Sequence record: SRR31156797_11293
DNA: 56,712 nucleotides
Direction: 5' to 3' (one strand)
A program made the translations under genes and the position numbers. The notes beneath the pieces are model-generated. The model saw only the letters and a list, made by a program, of their open reading frames with translations. It searched no databases and was not told the origin of the DNA. Shown here piece by piece: positions 1 to 10,646 of this stretch (position 1 is its first letter; each line of letters opens with the position of its first letter).

Positions 1-72
1 GGAGAGTCCAGAGAACCCTTTTCAAAGGGTGCTTTGGCAAGTCCAGAACAGCGTCCTGGTCTCACTGAAGGC
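1..72. repeat. REP-like intergenic palindromic element (possibly truncated by the window edge)
   Basis: Stem ACCCTTT(15-21)/AAAGGGT(24-30) nested in CCAGAG(8-13)/CTTTGG(32-37); second hairpin CCAG(43-46)/CTGG(56-59); GTCCAGA repeated at 6 and 41. Only one copy is in the window, so repeat status is inferred. Confidence 0.4.
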
Positions 73-77
73 GACGC

Positions 78-917
78 TTACAAATCCACGAGTTCGACTT
101 CGTTTTCCGTAATCGGTGTCCCCAGAAAGCGTGTACCGGTTCGAGCGAATCGAGGAGCGTCGTCAGTGGTAAGATACGCAGTAGTGCCACACTCGGAACC
201 AGGGCGAATCAATTTGAGAAGGGTCAATTCTTCAAAAACAGTCTCTGCGGTTGTGGCTGCAGAATCAACAATAACGGTCTCAGGAGGCGTGACCTTCCTG
301 ATAGCCGGCGCCAGCAAAGGGAAATGGGTACAACCAAGGACCAATGTATCCGGGATGACAGGATCAACTGCGCCGGAAGCCGGATTAAAGACAGGATCGA
401 GATAGCGAGCTGCCACGGCTTCGGGCACATCGCCATCAATCCAACCCTCTTCAGCCAAAGCAACAAAAAGAGAACAAGGATGTCCGACGATACGGGCTGC
501 AGGAGAAATGGAATGAATGGCCCGCTGATAGGCCCCACCGGCAATGGTGGATTCCGTCGCAACAACAGCTATGGAGCCATTTTTCGTAACGGAACACGCG
601 GCTCTGGCTCCCGGCTCCACCACGCCGATGACAGGGACATCAGGGTACGCTTCCCGCAAGGCGGACAAAGCCATGGCAGAAGCCGTGTTGCAGGCAACCA
701 CAAGAAGTTTGATCCCCCGACTCACCAGCTCCGCACCACATTGAACACCATATCGGGTCACGGTCTGGGGTGATTTGGTACCATACGGCAACCGCGCAGT
801 GTCACCAAGATAGATAACATCCTCACACGGCATACGCTGCCTGAGTGCTTTGAGTACTGTGAGGCCACCTACGCCCGAATCAAACATGCCAATGGGAAGT
901 TCTGCTACGTTTTTCAT
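78..917 (-). CDS. murI: Glutamate racemase
   Basis: Motifs FDSGVGGLTV, PYGTKS, VACNTAS and LGCTHFP contain both catalytic cysteines; 279 aa. Confidence 0.97.
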   Translation of the reverse strand: MKNVAELPIGMFDSGVGGLTVLKALRQRMPCEDVIYLGDTARLPYGTKSPQTVTRYGVQCGAELVSRGIKLLVVACNTASAMALSALREAYPDVPVIGVVEPGARAACSVTKNGSIAVVATESTIAGGAYQRAIHSISPAARIVGHPCSLFVALAEEGWIDGDVPEAVAARYLDPVFNPASGAVDPVIPDTLVLGCTHFPLLAPAIRKVTPPETVIVDSAATTAETVFEELTLLKLIRPGSECGTTAYLTTDDAPRFARTGTRFLGTPITENEVELVDL

Positions 918-1021
918 GAATTACGACTCCTTGTACCGACAAGTATCTCGGCACCCGTCGAAACCAACACATTTCCATGAAAAAGTCTAAACGAATTGAA
1001 GCCCCTTTTTCAACGATCCGG

Positions 1022-2284
1022 CTATACCGCAGCACTGCCGACCGTACAATATCCAAGCATCTTCTGTGTCCAACTTCTGGCCTGTACATACATGAGTTCA
1101 GCCTGAAGCGTTTCCAAGTCAAGTCGCTTGAGACGAGAAGATATTCCGCTCCATTCCCCGCGTTCATAACTTGTCGCTAGCCGCAACAATTCATACACTT
1201 CGCCTTCACCCCTCAGGGCCTTGACCACGGAATCCTCTAAAGGAAGCATCCCAATAATTTCATCCATTGAAATACTGAGCATGGAATCCAACAGTGAGAA
1301 CAAGCCACTCATAAAGAGATTGTCCGGCTCACATGCAGTACATTTGGAATGATGGCAGACTGACTCAAGAAACTTGGCCCGGTGCACTGCAAGATATGCC
1401 AACTCACTGGCCTTGGGAGTGGGGTTGAGATCGGCCAGCAGGACAGTTCTGAGCCACTGCTTGGCCTGAATCATGCCCATCATATCGATAGCTCGCTTGG
1501 GAGATGAAACCTTTTGACTCAAGCCCATTCCTGCGGAGTTGATGTACCGAAACAACCGATAGGATAAACTGGGGTCAGACTGAAGGATCTCCGCCAACCG
1601 AACCGGTTCCAAGTCCACTTTGCACAACTCTGCCAAAAGCTGGAGCTTCGTCATTTCATTCGTCGTTAATTTCTTCCCGGGAATAATCTCTGGTTTACTG
1701 AAAAAGAACCCCTGAAATAAAGAAAAACCCATTTTTTGAAGTGCATAAAAAGTCTCGTTATCTTCAACTTTTTCAGCCAGAAGGGTAATTTCTGAAGGGA
1801 TATTCTTCAGAACAGACACAAGCTTTGTGGGGTTGTCTCCGAACTCAAGTATATCCACCTTGACGATATCAGCCATGTCAATAAACGGCTCAAGCTCCGG
1901 CTGAGCACAATAGTCATCCAGGGCTATCTGATACCCGGCACTCTTGAGTTGTTTTACGGCTTGCAGCGTTTCTTTGTTTGGTTCGACGTGCTCAAGTATC
2001 TCAATAACACATCGATCTTTGGGGAGTGCAAAACCACCGCCTTCGATCAAAAGCTGTTCTGAAAAATTAATCAAAATTCGGGCGTCCGGGGACATGCCTT
2101 CGGAAGCCAACGCCAAACCGTCTACGATGACCGATGAAGTTGCCTGTTCCTCGTTAGTAATACAGGCAACATTGTCCTCGCACGAACGGAAAAGGAGCTC
2201 ATATCCCCAAACAGTCTCGTCAGCACGAAACACCGGTTGGCGGGCTACAAAAACAGTTTCAAGATTAGGAATGGTTACTGACAT
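1022..2284 (-). CDS. EAL + HDOD domain protein (c-di-GMP signalling)
   Basis: N-terminal ARQPVF..GYELLFR, ALDDY, LAEKVE, FQGFFFSKP; C-terminal HDOD-like DPSLSYRLFRYINSA..GLFSLLD. Confidence 0.9.
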   Translation of the reverse strand: MSVTIPNLETVFVARQPVFRADETVWGYELLFRSCEDNVACITNEEQATSSVIVDGLALASEGMSPDARILINFSEQLLIEGGGFALPKDRCVIEILEHVEPNKETLQAVKQLKSAGYQIALDDYCAQPELEPFIDMADIVKVDILEFGDNPTKLVSVLKNIPSEITLLAEKVEDNETFYALQKMGFSLFQGFFFSKPEIIPGKKLTTNEMTKLQLLAELCKVDLEPVRLAEILQSDPSLSYRLFRYINSAGMGLSQKVSSPKRAIDMMGMIQAKQWLRTVLLADLNPTPKASELAYLAVHRAKFLESVCHHSKCTACEPDNLFMSGLFSLLDSMLSISMDEIIGMLPLEDSVVKALRGEGEVYELLRLATSYERGEWSGISSRLKRLDLETLQAELMYVQARSWTQKMLGYCTVGSAAV

Positions 2285-2358
2285 GAGTTGAACATACGTG
2301 ATTTCATGCCAATATCAATGATAGAATTAAAGAAGGAAATCTTTTGTGTGTCCGCTTC

Positions 2359-3270
2359 TTAAATAGTATATGTCGAGATATTGCCCCGTCTGAAGCTTGC
2401 CAAAAATCCTTCCAGATCGTCCGCATTTTGAGACAACATGTCCTCCAAATAACTCAGATTACGATCAATGGCTTCGCTGTACAGATCTTTGTCAACTTTT
2501 CGACAATCTCTGAAATATAATTTCATATAGCGATCTACCCGCATGAACTCCTTGTCCAGTCGGGTTCTGACCACTCCTTCATAAAATGTATTTGTCTTTG
2601 ACAGTAAATCCATGGCGGAGTCATAGCCGGGAATTTTGGCTTCCTGAAATTCTTCGAAAAGCAAAAAAAGCTTTTCAAGATAATAACGATCAGCGATTTG
2701 CGCCAACAAGTCCGCACTTCCCAAAAAGTACCCCATAATACGCATATTTTCCGAGGCAAAAGCCACCTTGGACGGAGACATGGCAAGTATGGTGCATCGG
2801 ATACAATCCGCGATATCATCCATATCATCCTGAGACATAACGCCATCAAGATTGTTCCGCATGAACATGATGGATCGCTCTTCATGTCCAACTGTATATT
2901 TGGCACCGGTCCCCAGTGTGTCGTCAGCAACCTGTATTAATCCCACATCGTGATACAAGGCAGACAACAACCCCTTCAGGCATTCTTTCTCAAGAAAGAC
3001 TTCACCATCAGCCAATGCGCCGTAAATAAGCCGGACTGTCGCCAGAACCACGGCACACGTATGCTCAAAATTATGATACTTCGTATTACTGGCTCGATAC
3101 CCGGGGTACAGACCAAAAAATAATTTTTCTACGTCTTCAAAGGCCTTCCGGAAAATACTGGCATTATACTTCGGAAAAAATTCACGCAGGATATCCTCAG
3201 TCTCGCGACGAACACATTCTCCGTCAGCGGGGTCTACAAAATCATATAACTTCGGCATTGGTTCAACCAT
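2359..3270 (-). CDS. Stand-alone HD-superfamily metal-dependent phosphohydrolase
   Basis: YHNFEHT, LYHDVG, HEERS and SADL motifs; starts 3 nt after the stop of the upstream HD-GYP gene. Confidence 0.82.
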   Translation of the reverse strand: MVEPMPKLYDFVDPADGECVRRETEDILREFFPKYNASIFRKAFEDVEKLFFGLYPGYRASNTKYHNFEHTCAVVLATVRLIYGALADGEVFLEKECLKGLLSALYHDVGLIQVADDTLGTGAKYTVGHEERSIMFMRNNLDGVMSQDDMDDIADCIRCTILAMSPSKVAFASENMRIMGYFLGSADLLAQIADRYYLEKLFLLFEEFQEAKIPGYDSAMDLLSKTNTFYEGVVRTRLDKEFMRVDRYMKLYFRDCRKVDKDLYSEAIDRNLSYLEDMLSQNADDLEGFLASFRRGNISTYTI

Positions 3271-3273
3271 AGG

Positions 3274-4512
3274 CTATGCCTTCCCGTCTTCTGTCCATTT
3301 GTCGCGAATGGCTTTGATAACGTCAAAAATCTCAATAAAAATCTCAACCATTTCGGGATCAAAATGAGTGCCCGCATCACTTTCCAAAATCCCCAAACAT
3401 TTTTCGTCTGGGAAAGGGTCTTTGTAGGATCGAGGCGATGCCAAAGCGTCATACACATCCGCCACGGCACAAATGCGTGCAGCCAAGGGGATGTTCTCCC
3501 CATTCCTCACCTCATCCCCCAAAGAAAGGCTGTCACTCCACACTGCAGAATACGGAACGCTCGGATATCCTCGCCCTTCATATTTCTCATGATGACACAG
3601 TGCTATTTCCATGGACATCCTATCCAGCTCAGACGTTTGATTCTTGAAAAGGCGTGCACCGTAAACCGTATGCCATTTCATGGTATCAAACTCTTCATTT
3701 GTCAGCTTGGCCGGTTTTTTCAAAATGTTATCCGAAATACCAACTTTCCCCACATCGTGAAGCATTGCTGCCAGACGCAGATTGTCCCGAGCGCGCTTGA
3801 TGTCCTTTGCACTATGATTACGTCGAGCTGCCCACGTGCCATAAATCTCAGCAGAATATGCCCCCACTCGCTGAACATGCGCACCGGTTTCCGAAGGGTC
3901 ACGCAACTCGGCCATCTGCATCATCCGCAAAATAAGTTCCCGGTTCATGATACCACGCTCAATGGCCACCGACGCGTTATTACAAAACAAGGGAATGTAC
4001 GTCTGGGCTTCCTGCGAAAAAACACCAACTTTGCCCATGTCATTTTTGGCATTAATAAGCTGCATCACGCCCACCAACCGACTTTCCTGAGCAATAAGCG
4101 GAATCGTCAGCATAGACGTAGTGTGATACCCTGATTTCTCATCAAAAGACTTGTTGAAGCTAAATGGAAGAATGGGGTCCAACTCGTAAGCATCATCAAT
4201 GGCAAGGCTCTGCCGAGTCTTGGCCACGTACCCGACGATGGAGTGTTCGCTGATAGGAATACTGAAATTATGGTATAAGGCTGCGTTAGCCGTTTCTTTT
4301 TTGAACAAGGTGTCGTTCTGAACGTAACTAAAAATCAGGCTGTCATCTTCAACCAAAAATATGGACCCTGCATCCGCCCCGGAAAGCTGTCGGGATTCAT
4401 ACAGAATCTTATCCAAAATAGTGTCAACATCTTTAAGCTGGTTGACCTCTTCTGTGGTCTTGAGAATTGCCATCACCGCATCGTCGCGGCTGGTAAGTCG
4501 TTCGGCAGACAT
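3274..4512 (-). CDS. GAF + HD-GYP phosphodiesterase
   Basis: GAF signature SFDEKSGYHTTSMLTIPL..VGVMQLIN; ETGAHVQRV, HDVGK, HHEKYEGRGYP, ADVYDAL. Start moved to ATG 4512 (MSAERL), which follows a GGGAG RBS. Confidence 0.92.
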   Translation of the reverse strand: MSAERLTSRDDAVMAILKTTEEVNQLKDVDTILDKILYESRQLSGADAGSIFLVEDDSLIFSYVQNDTLFKKETANAALYHNFSIPISEHSIVGYVAKTRQSLAIDDAYELDPILPFSFNKSFDEKSGYHTTSMLTIPLIAQESRLVGVMQLINAKNDMGKVGVFSQEAQTYIPLFCNNASVAIERGIMNRELILRMMQMAELRDPSETGAHVQRVGAYSAEIYGTWAARRNHSAKDIKRARDNLRLAAMLHDVGKVGISDNILKKPAKLTNEEFDTMKWHTVYGARLFKNQTSELDRMSMEIALCHHEKYEGRGYPSVPYSAVWSDSLSLGDEVRNGENIPLAARICAVADVYDALASPRSYKDPFPDEKCLGILESDAGTHFDPEMVEIFIEIFDVIKAIRDKWTEDGKA

Positions 4513-4620
4513 ACATACTCCCTTGTAATGATATACCACTATATTGCCTAATCCCTATGGAAAATCAAGGATGCCAGCAAACAAAGGGAACAACAAAAGA
4601 CCGAAATAAAGCCGGCTAGC

Positions 4621-4657
4621 AAAACAAAAAAGCCCTGCCAGCGTCAGCTGGCAGGGC
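4621..4657 (-). terminator. Intrinsic terminator of hcp
   Basis: 11-bp stem GCCCTGCCAGC(4632-4642)/GCTGGCAGGGC(4647-4657) with a 4-nt loop; the A-run on the left is the U-tract on the minus strand. Confidence 0.85.
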
Positions 4658-4685
4658 GGAGAGTCATTGAAGCGTATAGCCTCGG

Positions 4686-6293
4686 CTAGCCGAGAAGTTC
4701 GGCAAGGTCTTCATCGGGAGTGGCGATGGGAGCGATATTATAATTTTCGACCAGGTAGTTCAACACGTTGGGAGTGATGAATGCCGGAAGTGTCGGTCCA
4801 AGCTTGATGTTCTTGATGCCAAGGGCCAGCAAGGAGAGCAGGATGGCAACGGCCTTCTGCTCGTACCAAGACAGAACCAGAGACAGAGGAAGGTCGTTAA
4901 CATCGCATTCAAAAGCCTCGGCCAAAGCTAGGGCAATCTTGACAGCAGAATACGCGTCATTGCACTGACCAACGTCGAGCAGGCGGGGGATGCCACCAAT
5001 GTCGCCAAGCTGTTTATCGAAGAAACGGAACTTGCCGCAAGCCAAAGTCAGGATAACGGTATCCTTCGGGGCTTTTTCAACGAACTCGGTGTAATAGTTA
5101 CGACCGGGCTTGGCTCCGTCGCAGCCGCCGACGAGGAAGAAGTGACGAATGTCGCCAGCCTTGACAGCGTCGATAACGGTTCCTGCAACGGACATGACTG
5201 CGTTACGGGCGAAACCAACCATGACGGTACCCTTGTCGGTGTCTTCGGGGAAGCCGGGCATTGCCAAAGCTTTTTCGATAACCGGGGTAAAATCGTCATT
5301 GGAAACATGGACTGCACCGGGCCAGCCGACAAGGCCGGTGGTAAAGATAGCGTCAATATAGTTCTTGGGGTCCTGAATACAGTTGGTGGTCATCAAAATA
5401 GAACCGGGGAACGCGGCAAATTCTTTTTTCTGATTCTGCCATGCGGTTCCGTAATGACCAGCGAAGTGGGAGTACTTTTTCAGTTCCGGGTAGCCATGAC
5501 AGGGCAGCATTTCGCCGTGGGTGTAAATGTTGATACCCTTGCCTTCAGTCTGCTTAAGCAAAGTATCCAAGTCTTTCAGGTCATGACCGGAAACAAGGAT
5601 TGCCTTGCCCGCTGTTGCACCGAGCTTGACCTCAGTGGGTTCCGGGTGGCCATAGGTGGAAGTATTGGCTTCATCCAGCAATTCCATGGCGCGAATATTC
5701 ACGCGTCCACATTCCAGACCGGCTTCAACACACTGCTCCAAAGTCAGATCAGTGGACAAGGTTGCAGCGAGCAATCCCTGAAATTTGGCATACAGTTCGT
5801 TGTCTTCGTAGCCCAAGATGGCGGCATGATCGATGTAAGCAGCCACACCCTTGAGGCCGTAGGTCAGAGTCTGCTTGAGAGACTTGAGATCTTCGTTGGT
5901 TTCGGGATCGTTCTCGACGCCATGCTCCTTACCCTGGGCAACCATGCCCGGAATATCGAGAGCCGGGGTATAAACGGCAGGACCGTCAAATTCAACACCG
6001 GGAGTCTTGGTCTTCAAAGCTTCGCGCATGCTGACACATTCATTAATGAGTTTGACGAAACGAGCGTCGTCAAAGTTGACGTTGGTCAAGGTGGAGAACA
6101 CGGCTTCAGCGGTGAAGCGGTTAACAGCAGCATCTTCAGTTCCGGCCGCACGGGCAGCAATCGCCACCTGGGAAAGTCCCTTGGTCAGATAGAGAAGAAG
6201 ATCTTGCAGGGATGCAGTATTGTCGGTCTTTCCACAAACGCCGATTTTGGTGCAGCCGCCTTTGGCAGCCTGTTCACACTGATAACAAAACAT
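4686..6293 (-). CDS. hcp: Hybrid cluster protein (hydroxylamine reductase / prismane)
   Basis: N-terminal MFCYQCEQ..GCTKIGVCGK; SGHDL, THGEMLP, TTNC, GGCDG, ACGK, GQCNDAY, SWYEQKA; AAGGAG RBS. Confidence 0.97.
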   Translation of the reverse strand: MFCYQCEQAAKGGCTKIGVCGKTDNTASLQDLLLYLTKGLSQVAIAARAAGTEDAAVNRFTAEAVFSTLTNVNFDDARFVKLINECVSMREALKTKTPGVEFDGPAVYTPALDIPGMVAQGKEHGVENDPETNEDLKSLKQTLTYGLKGVAAYIDHAAILGYEDNELYAKFQGLLAATLSTDLTLEQCVEAGLECGRVNIRAMELLDEANTSTYGHPEPTEVKLGATAGKAILVSGHDLKDLDTLLKQTEGKGINIYTHGEMLPCHGYPELKKYSHFAGHYGTAWQNQKKEFAAFPGSILMTTNCIQDPKNYIDAIFTTGLVGWPGAVHVSNDDFTPVIEKALAMPGFPEDTDKGTVMVGFARNAVMSVAGTVIDAVKAGDIRHFFLVGGCDGAKPGRNYYTEFVEKAPKDTVILTLACGKFRFFDKQLGDIGGIPRLLDVGQCNDAYSAVKIALALAEAFECDVNDLPLSLVLSWYEQKAVAILLSLLALGIKNIKLGPTLPAFITPNVLNYLVENYNIAPIATPDEDLAELLG

Positions 6294-6366
6294 GGTTTCA
6301 CTCCTTGATTTTTTGATAATTTTTCGTTCTGTGATTCGAGGTTTAAGCGAAACCGGATTACGAGAG

Positions 6367-6382
6367 TATGACTTGAGTCAAA
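6367..6382. promoter_or_regulatory. CRP/FNR-family (HcpR-like) binding site upstream of hcp
   Basis: TATGA-CTTGAG-TCAAA fits the TnTGA-N6-TCAnA geometry; it lies ~75 bp upstream of the hcp start. Confidence 0.65.
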
Positions 6383-6490
6383 AAAACGAGAAAAAAGTCA
6401 TAAAATTTGTCATCGAGTGTGAGAAGTCATGTTTCCATGATGAGCGAGGAGTGATAGGAGAAAGCATCGCCAACCATCAAGGAGCATACC

Positions 6491-6877
6491 ATGAAAAAAA
6501 GTTTTTTGAGTATTATTATTGTTCTTCTGCTGGTTACTCCCACACAGGCACAGGATGCCAATCGACAAAAATGTCTGGAATCAACTGCACAATTTTACAA
6601 CTGCCTGAAAGGCGGGACCGAATTACAGCGCAACCTTGCCACGACATATCTGCTCGGAGCCATACAAACACTTGGAGCACTCGATCTGATTGATATTCCC
6701 AAAAACAAGAATATGGCTCACTTCCGCTTTGAATACCTCGACTTTGTTGAGCTGAACGCACGTATTCACGACGAACGTCCAGGACACGGAATGGTCATGT
6801 ATCTCCTCCAAACCTATGGCAAAGAACAAAATGCTGCAGGTATGAAATATGTTAAATCGCTTGATCTGGTTCGATGA
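6491..6877 (+). CDS. Small exported protein, possibly Rap1a-like fold
   Basis: AAGGAG RBS; signal peptide MKKSFLSIIIVLLLVTPTQA; 128 aa. The fold call is by-eye inference. Confidence 0.7.
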   Translation: MKKSFLSIIIVLLLVTPTQAQDANRQKCLESTAQFYNCLKGGTELQRNLATTYLLGAIQTLGALDLIDIPKNKNMAHFRFEYLDFVELNARIHDERPGHGMVMYLLQTYGKEQNAAGMKYVKSLDLVR

Positions 6878-7018
6878 TAACGCAAATTCGCACCTGTTAA
6901 GATGTCAAAGAAATGCCTTTATACAAGGGGGTAAGCAGCTCCTTTGACCGCGTTTCGCTTTATTATTCCGCACCCTTTTGCTAATGGAAATCAAACAGAA
7001 ATCAACCCCGGGAACATC

Positions 7019-10000
7019 ATGCTACGCCGCCCTCGCCCCCATCTGTCACGCCTTGTGCTGATTGCAGCAATCCTCATGGCCTGTTCGATACTCTCTGTGC
7101 CAGCCTGGGCAGGGGGCAAAAAGCAGATTCTGCTCCTCAATTCCTATCATCACAACTTCACTTGGAATGAAGAAATATTTCGCGGATTGACCGATGTACT
7201 CAGGCCCCGCGAGACCGGCATCGTCCTGCATATGGAAAACATGGACACCAAAAGAGTTGAATTCAATGAACAATATGCACGGCAACTTCGAGATGTTTTC
7301 AAACACAAATATCACGGCATTAAACTGAACCTGATCCTTGCAACGGACAACAACGCATTCGATTTTTTGAGACAATATCATTCGACGTTGTTTCCAGATA
7401 TTCCGGTGGTTTTCTGCGGGGTCAACTCCTTCCGCCCTGAACTGATCAAAGGTCACCCTCTCTTTACCGGCGTGTCAGAATCGATTGACGCCAAAGACAC
7501 TCTCTGGTGGGCACTCAAACTCCATCCGAACACTCAATCCATCTATATAATCAACGACCATACTCCCTCCGGGCTAGCCGTCACTCAATCCATCAAAAAG
7601 CAACTCACAAATTTTTCACCACACATCAAAGTCCGATATTCAGACAAACTGACCTTTCCCGAAATCCTTGCTGAAGTAGAGGCAATGCCCCGGGACGGCC
7701 TCATTCTGCAAGGCCTTTTCAACAGAGACAGCGAAGGACAATTCCTCGATGTAACGGAAGCCACTGAAGCAATATCCAAGCGAACCAATGTCCCTGTCTA
7801 CGGTCTATTCGACTTTGATCTCGGACACGGTATCGTAGGCGGACTGCTTTCCAGCGGTTACTTTCAGGGACAGACCATGGCCCAGATGGGACTGCACGTT
7901 CTGGCAGGGCGAAAACCCAGTGACATTCCGGTTATCCATGACGATACGTTCAACCCAATGTTCGATTATGAACAAATGAAACGTTTTGGCATTGACCTCG
8001 AGGAACTGCCCGACGGAAGCGATGTCATTAACCGTCCGTCATCTTTTTATTCAGCACACGCCGGGGTTATCTGGCTCGGTGCCGGATTTGCCGTGTTGCA
8101 AAGCTTTATTATCCTCATGCTTGTGGTCAACATTACCAGACGCCGTCAGGCAGAAAAGGACCTACGAAGCGCACACCGAACCCTTGAAGAACGGGTGCGA
8201 ACACGAACCAGCAATATGAAAGATTCGGAAAAGGCTCTACGTACAGTCTTCGATTCTGCTCAAGATGCCATTTTCATTCACGATAAAAGTGGGCGAATTT
8301 TGGAAACAAACCAACGCATGCTCGACATGTATGGATTCAAGAATGAACACCCGGATGATGTTTCCATAGCCAAAGACCTCTCCAGCCAAAATGATCCGGT
8401 CTATCGTCTCTCCGCTATCTGGCGAGACGCCCTCAATGGCAAACCACAAAACTTTGAATGGCGGGCCAAACGGGTTAATGACGACCACGAATTCGATGTT
8501 GAGGTATACCTCAACCACATCGTATTCCGAGGGCAGGACGCCATCTTGGCGAACGTCAGGGATATTTCAATACGAAAGGAATCCGAAAACAGTATTCGCC
8601 AATCCCTCTTCAAATTCGAAGCAATTTTTGAAAACTCGCTTATGGGCATCGCCATGTCCAATGGCCCAAAACTCGCAACGATTAATCGACGAGGGGCAGA
8701 GATATTCGGCCACACCCAGGAAACAATGCTTACGATGAATCATTCTTCCCTGTTTGAAAAAGAAGAAATGAAAGAACAGTTCATACAGGAAGCACGGGCT
8801 GCCCTTAAAACCAGCGGTGTCTTCAATACTGAACGAGCATTCCTCAATAAAACCGGAACCCCTGTCTGGTGTCGCATGTACGCCAAGGCCGTTGACCCGG
8901 AAAACCTAAACAAAGGCGTCATCTGGGCCTGGGATGATATAACCCAAACTCGAAATGCTCAGGAAGATCTGATGCGTGCGAGAGAAGATGCCGAAGCCGC
9001 AAACAAGGCAAAATCAGAATTTCTTGCTGCCATGAGTCATGAAATCAGGACCCCCATGAACGCCATTGTGGGCATGACCGACATCACCCTTCAAACCGAT
9101 CTGAACGAGGAACAACGAGATTATCTCAAGACTGTGCAGGATTCTGCTCAACATCTCCTTTCCATCATCAACGATATTTTGGACCTTTCAAAAATCGAAG
9201 CCCAAAAACTGGAACTTGACCACGTGGATTTCGACCTTGTTTTCCATATCCAAACAACCATCAAAGGGCTGAAAATGCAGGCCAGACAAAAAGGGCTGGA
9301 CCTGATCCTTTATGTGGATGAAGTTGTTCGTCGCTGCGTAAAAGGAGACCCCTTGTCTCTGCGCCAAGTTCTGGTCAATCTGGTTGGGAACGCCATCAAA
9401 TTCACGCACAGAGGCTCCGTCACCATCCGGGTACTCCCAGCAAAAAAAACCACAATACAGCCAGATTCGCCGCAAACAGTGGGTATCGCATTTGAAGTGG
9501 AGGACACCGGCATCGGCATTCCGCCGGAATTCATGGACACGGTATTTCAAAGCTTTTCCCAGACGACTCGGGCCTTTGGCGGCACAGGCCTTGGATTAGC
9601 CATCTGCAATCAGCTCATCACGCTTATGGGTGGTAGGATTCATGTAGATTCAACAGTGGGCCAAGGAAGCATCTTCTCCTTCACGGTCTGGTTTGAACCA
9701 GGAGTGTCCTGTCCCGCCCCGGTCGGGACCGAACGACCTCTGCCAGAGGCTCCATCCCGTCCCATCAGAGTCTTGGTGGCAGAAGACAATGACGTTAACG
9801 TCATGGTCACCACGCTTAAACTGGAAGACTTGGGGTATTCATATGCCGTAGCCGGAACCGGCTTGGAGGTCCTCGACCTCCTCAAACGAGAGCCCTTTGA
9901 CCTTATTCTTATGGACATTGAAATGCCTGTACTCGATGGTATTTCCACAACCAAAACTATCCGGGCAGCCATCCCCGGCGGCCCGATACCTGACCCAGCT

Positions 10001-10537
10001 ATTCCTATCATCGGCGTCACGGCTCATGCCCTCAAGGAATTCAGAGATAAAAGTCTGGATGCAGGTATGGACGACTATGTTTCCAAGCCCGTGGATTTTC
10101 ATGAACTAGCCGTCATTATCAACCGACTGATCGGCTCTTCTGCTCCGGTCCCATTACAAAAAGGAACCGAATCAGAACCAACCCCACCCCAGCCCAAACC
10201 AGAAACAGTAAACAAGGTATGGACCCCGGATGCGGCAATGGAATACCTCGGAGTGGATGCCGCAACCTTCAAGGACTTCTTGTCTGCCGCACGGGTCGAA
10301 CTGATCACCAGGACCGAAGAACTCAAACAGGTTCTTGACGGACAAAACCCAAACAACGCACACACAGTGGTACACACCATCAAATCCATTTGTACCTCTA
10401 TTGGCGCCAACAAGGCAGCCAATGCCGCAGCTCAACTAGAAAACGCGTGTCGAGACCAGAAAAAAACAACTGATTATCTCGACGTATTCTTAAAAGAAAT
10501 AACCCATCTCATAAAAATTATGGACGACCACGCATAA
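7019..10537 (+). CDS. Membrane hybrid sensor kinase (periplasmic ABC-substrate-binding-like sensor, TM, 2 PAS, HisKA/HATPase, REC, Hpt)
   Basis: Signal-like N-terminus, LLLNSYH..ENMDTKR sensor region, TM helix, [42 protein letters not shown], Hpt HTIKS. ATG 7019 preferred over TTG 6944. Confidence 0.92.
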   Translation: MLRRPRPHLSRLVLIAAILMACSILSVPAWAGGKKQILLLNSYHHNFTWNEEIFRGLTDVLRPRETGIVLHMENMDTKRVEFNEQYARQLRDVFKHKYHGIKLNLILATDNNAFDFLRQYHSTLFPDIPVVFCGVNSFRPELIKGHPLFTGVSESIDAKDTLWWALKLHPNTQSIYIINDHTPSGLAVTQSIKKQLTNFSPHIKVRYSDKLTFPEILAEVEAMPRDGLILQGLFNRDSEGQFLDVTEATEAISKRTNVPVYGLFDFDLGHGIVGGLLSSGYFQGQTMAQMGLHVLAGRKPSDIPVIHDDTFNPMFDYEQMKRFGIDLEELPDGSDVINRPSSFYSAHAGVIWLGAGFAVLQSFIILMLVVNITRRRQAEKDLRSAHRTLEERVRTRTSNMKDSEKALRTVFDSAQDAIFIHDKSGRILETNQRMLDMYGFKNEHPDDVSIAKDLSSQNDPVYRLSAIWRDALNGKPQNFEWRAKRVNDDHEFDVEVYLNHIVFRGQDAILANVRDISIRKESENSIRQSLFKFEAIFENSLMGIAMSNGPKLATINRRGAEIFGHTQETMLTMNHSSLFEKEEMKEQFIQEARAALKTSGVFNTERAFLNKTGTPVWCRMYAKAVDPENLNKGVIWAWDDITQTRNAQEDLMRAREDAEAANKAKSEFLAAMSHEIRTPMNAIVGMTDITLQTDLNEEQRDYLKTVQDSAQHLLSIINDILDLSKIEAQKLELDHVDFDLVFHIQTTIKGLKMQARQKGLDLILYVDEVVRRCVKGDPLSLRQVLVNLVGNAIKFTHRGSVTIRVLPAKKTTIQPDSPQTVGIAFEVEDTGIGIPPEFMDTVFQSFSQTTRAFGGTGLGLAICNQLITLMGGRIHVDSTVGQGSIFSFTVWFEPGVSCPAPVGTERPLPEAPSRPIRVLVAEDNDVNVMVTTLKLEDLGYSYAVAGTGLEVLDLLKREPFDLILMDIEMPVLDGISTTKTIRAAIPGGPIPDPAIPIIGVTAHALKEFRDKSLDAGMDDYVSKPVDFHELAVIINRLIGSSAPVPLQKGTESEPTPPQPKPETVNKVWTPDAAMEYLGVDAATFKDFLSAARVELITRTEELKQVLDGQNPNNAHTVVHTIKSICTSIGANKAANAAAQLENACRDQKKTTDYLDVFLKEITHLIKIMDDHA

Positions 10538-10646
10538 TGCGGCCTATGCTTTACAAAATTATACTTTTATTCGGGTATTTAAATAAAGAAAAAACAGCTA
10601 GATATCATCCGCACCTCGTTCAAATTCTTCCCAAGGGAGAAATCTC

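Noticed and set aside
3364..4134. 256-aa + strand ORF
   Set aside because: Lies wholly antisense to the GAF-HD-GYP gene; no motifs.
4686..6293. hcp read as the T6SS hemolysin-coregulated protein next to an immunity-like gene
   Set aside because: Name coincidence only; the sequence is clearly the Fe-S hybrid cluster protein.
5142..6308. 388-aa ORF on the + strand
   Set aside because: Antisense shadow of hcp with no recognisable motifs; explained by codon bias of the real gene.
10540..10555. Possible sigma54 promoter upstream of the ErcA-like gene (CGGCCTATGCTTTACA)
   Set aside because: The -12 GC is AC and the CAC core is absent.
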